Positions 62,006 through 64,000 of a stretch of DNA of 64,000 nucleotides are shown one piece after another. How positions within the stretch are numbered: the first letter of the stretch is position 1; each line of letters opens with the position of its first letter. Source of the stretch: Lachnospiraceae bacterium. GTDB taxonomy: Bacteria; Bacillota_I; Bacilli_A; Erysipelotrichales; Erysipelotrichaceae. The DNA lies in the NCBI GenBank assembly GCA_963593385.1, contig CAVAZS010000001.1:45020-109019 (forward strand), written 5' to 3'. The notes under the pieces are model-generated. The model did no database searches, was not told the origin of the DNA, and worked only from the letters and a program-made list of their open reading frames with translations. The position numbers and the translations under genes are program-made.

Positions 62006-62028
62006 AAAAAAGCTGCCATCAGGCAGCT
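62006..62028 (-). terminator. ftsZ terminator
   Basis: AGCTGCC-tgat-GGCAGCT followed by TTTTT on the minus strand. Confidence 0.75.
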
Positions 62029-62032
62029 AATA

Positions 62033-63133
62033 TTATTTACGATTGAAGAAATTTGGAATACCAGAATCATCTTCATCTTCAACAGAAGAAATTGATCCAA
62101 GTCCAAATCCATCATCTTCTTGACTAACCTGAACATTGTTTCCAGGTAATGGGCTCTTAAATGCAGCAGGTCCATCAGTTTCAATTAATGTAGCTTTTGG
62201 TAAATCAAATCCAGTAGCAATTACTGTAACAATAATAGATTCACCAATCTTATCGTTAATAGCAACACCGAAGATAATATCAATATCATTACCAGCAGCA
62301 GAACGAATTAGTTCAACTGCTTCTTGAGCATCGTATGCTGACATACTAGCACCACCAGTTACGTTAACGATAGCACTCTTTGCACCAGTAATTTGAGCTT
62401 CAAGTAATGGTGATTGAATAGCCTTAGTAGCAGCATCTTTAGCTTTATTTTCACCAGATGCCATACCAATACCAATTAATGCACTACCTTGACCTTCCAT
62501 AACGCTCTTAATATCAGCAAAGTCTAGGTTAATCATTGCTGGAACAGCAATTAAGTCTGTAATTGTTTGTACACCTTGACGTAAGATGTTATCTGCTTCT
62601 TTGAACGCATCTTCAAATGGGATATGACCAATAATCTCTAATACTTTGTTGTTAGAAACAATAATTAAACTATCTACATATTCTTTTAATTGTTCTAATC
62701 CTTGTTCAGCTTGTACTAAACGTTTTCTACCTTCAAAGCTAAATGGTTTAGTAACAATACCTACTGTTAAACAACCAAGTTCTTTTGCAATCTTAGCAAA
62801 TAAAGGAGATGCACCAGTACCAGTCCCACCACCTAAACCAGCTGTAAGGAACACCATATCTGCTCCTTCAATTGCACTACGAATATCAGCTTCACTTTCA
62901 ACTGCAGCTTTACGTCCATTATCTGGATTACCACCTGCACCTAAGCCATCTTTTCCTAATTTAATTTTATTTGCTACAGGAGATACATCTAATGCTTGTA
63001 AGTCTGTATTAGCTACATAGAACTCAACACCTTGTACTCCTTCAGATACCATTCGGTTAACAGCGTTGCTACCTGCTCCCCCTATACCGAATACTTTAAT
63101 TTTTGCTACTTGATTGTATGTTAAATCTGCCAT
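62033..63133 (-). CDS. ftsZ: Cell division GTPase FtsZ
   Basis: GIGGAGSNAVNRM, GGGTGTG tubulin signature, INLDFAD, C-terminal IPNFF. Confidence 0.98.
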   Translation of the reverse strand: MADLTYNQVAKIKVFGIGGAGSNAVNRMVSEGVQGVEFYVANTDLQALDVSPVANKIKLGKDGLGAGGNPDNGRKAAVESEADIRSAIEGADMVFLTAGLGGGTGTGASPLFAKIAKELGCLTVGIVTKPFSFEGRKRLVQAEQGLEQLKEYVDSLIIVSNNKVLEIIGHIPFEDAFKEADNILRQGVQTITDLIAVPAMINLDFADIKSVMEGQGSALIGIGMASGENKAKDAATKAIQSPLLEAQITGAKSAIVNVTGGASMSAYDAQEAVELIRSAAGNDIDIIFGVAINDKIGESIIVTVIATGFDLPKATLIETDGPAAFKSPLPGNNVQVSQEDDGFGLGSISSVEDEDDSGIPNFFNRK

Positions 63134-63164
63134 TACCTTATCCTCTACTACTTATCACAAATTA

Positions 63165-64000
63165 CTATTTCTTTACATTATTAGAAAACATACCTTTAAG
63201 TTTTCCAGTTAGTGTGTCTTCACTATTAGGTTTTCTTTCACGATATGATACTGAACGAATAAAAGCGTCCATATCTAGACTATTATCGGTATAACCTGTA
63301 ATCGGTAATTTGTCTTTATAAGCATAAAATAAACCTAAACATGCAGTCATTCCTGCATTTCTAGCGCCAAGAGTTTCTGGAATATAATTCCTTACCTCAA
63401 CATTTAAAGAGGATTGTAAAAGCTCGTTTAAGCCTTGCATTTCGCCACCCTCTCCTGTAATGATAACAGTTGAAGGCCCAGCTTGCAAGATACCGCCTAG
63501 AATTTTTTGCATATTTGCGAGCCATTTATTCACCATTGGAGCTATGCATTTACATAATTCAGTCTCTGTAATCTTCTTTGCATTTCCATTTTCAGACCAA
63601 ATATATACTGGATTAGACGAAAATACTTTTTCATTTAGTCTTGCACTATATTTAATAAGTTCACAAGCCTCTTCTCGTTTTAAGCCATATTGATCTACAA
63701 CTCGACTTGCAATAGAACCAACGCCTAATGGTAACACTGTCGTTTCCATAAGTTTGCCTTTAGCAAAACGAGCAATGGTTGTCGCTTCCCTCTCCATCTT
63801 TAATAAGATAACATTACGATCTACAGATTGTTCAAATAAAGCTGCTTCTTTAGCTGCTGCATAAGTATCTAGATAAATATCCATTACTTGTAATCCAGCT
63901 TTTTCAACGCAACCTACTAATGAATAAGCAAGTTGTCTATCTGCACATAACAAATCTATATCTACAACTAATTCTTTTGCTCTTTCTCCAATAGGAATTC
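63165..64000 (-). CDS. ftsA: Cell division protein FtsA (3' part; start beyond window)
   Basis: Actin-like ITGEGG, C-terminal amphipathic KLKGMF; directly upstream of ftsZ; frame open to window edge. Confidence 0.82.
   Translation of the reverse strand, partial: IPIGERAKELVVDIDLLCADRQLAYSLVGCVEKAGLQVMDIYLDTYAAAKEAALFEQSVDRNVILLKMEREATTIARFAKGKLMETTVLPLGVGSIASRVVDQYGLKREEACELIKYSARLNEKVFSSNPVYIWSENGNAKKITETELCKCIAPMVNKWLANMQKILGGILQAGPSTVIITGEGGEMQGLNELLQSSLNVEVRNYIPETLGARNAGMTACLGLFYAYKDKLPITGYTDNSLDMDAFIRSVSYRERKPNSEDTLTGKLKGMFSNNVKK

Overview
AT-rich (roughly 30% GC by eye) bacterial chromosome segment. Gene content (DUF3196-like protein, tig-lon-engB without clpX, ezrA-cysteine desulfurase-thiI-rpsD, rnhC/cvpA/mutS2, ftsA-ftsZ) suggests a Firmicute, probably Erysipelotrichaceae; TGA is used as a stop. 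Most genes are on the minus strand and are housekeeping: tig, lon, engB, tRNA-Arg(UCU), uvrC, mutS2, rnhC, lspA, purA, purB, thiI, ezrA, rpsD, gmk, rqcH, rluB, ftsZ, ftsA. Accessory content: (i) a peptide-scavenging system split over two loci (oppD/oppF + pepD; 2x oppA, S9 peptidase, oppB, oppC, short oppD, 2x amidohydrolase); (ii) a small secreted beta-rich protein followed by a large LRR/B-repeat surface protein whose N-terminal domain looks homologous to it, with no sortase or anchor motif, a candidate sortase-independent surface fibre/WxL-like system; (iii) an SPFH + Arc-like RHH operon with a perfect 21-bp operator; (iv) a decayed mobile/defence hotspot around purB (GNAT toxin-antitoxin between 35-bp imperfect direct repeats, frameshifted AbiEii-like remnant, possible reverse-transcriptase C-terminal remnant). 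Two CIRCE-like elements bracket the tig-lon-engB promoter. No CRISPR array, rRNA, intact transposase or integrase was seen. All assignments come from reading motifs; no searches were run.
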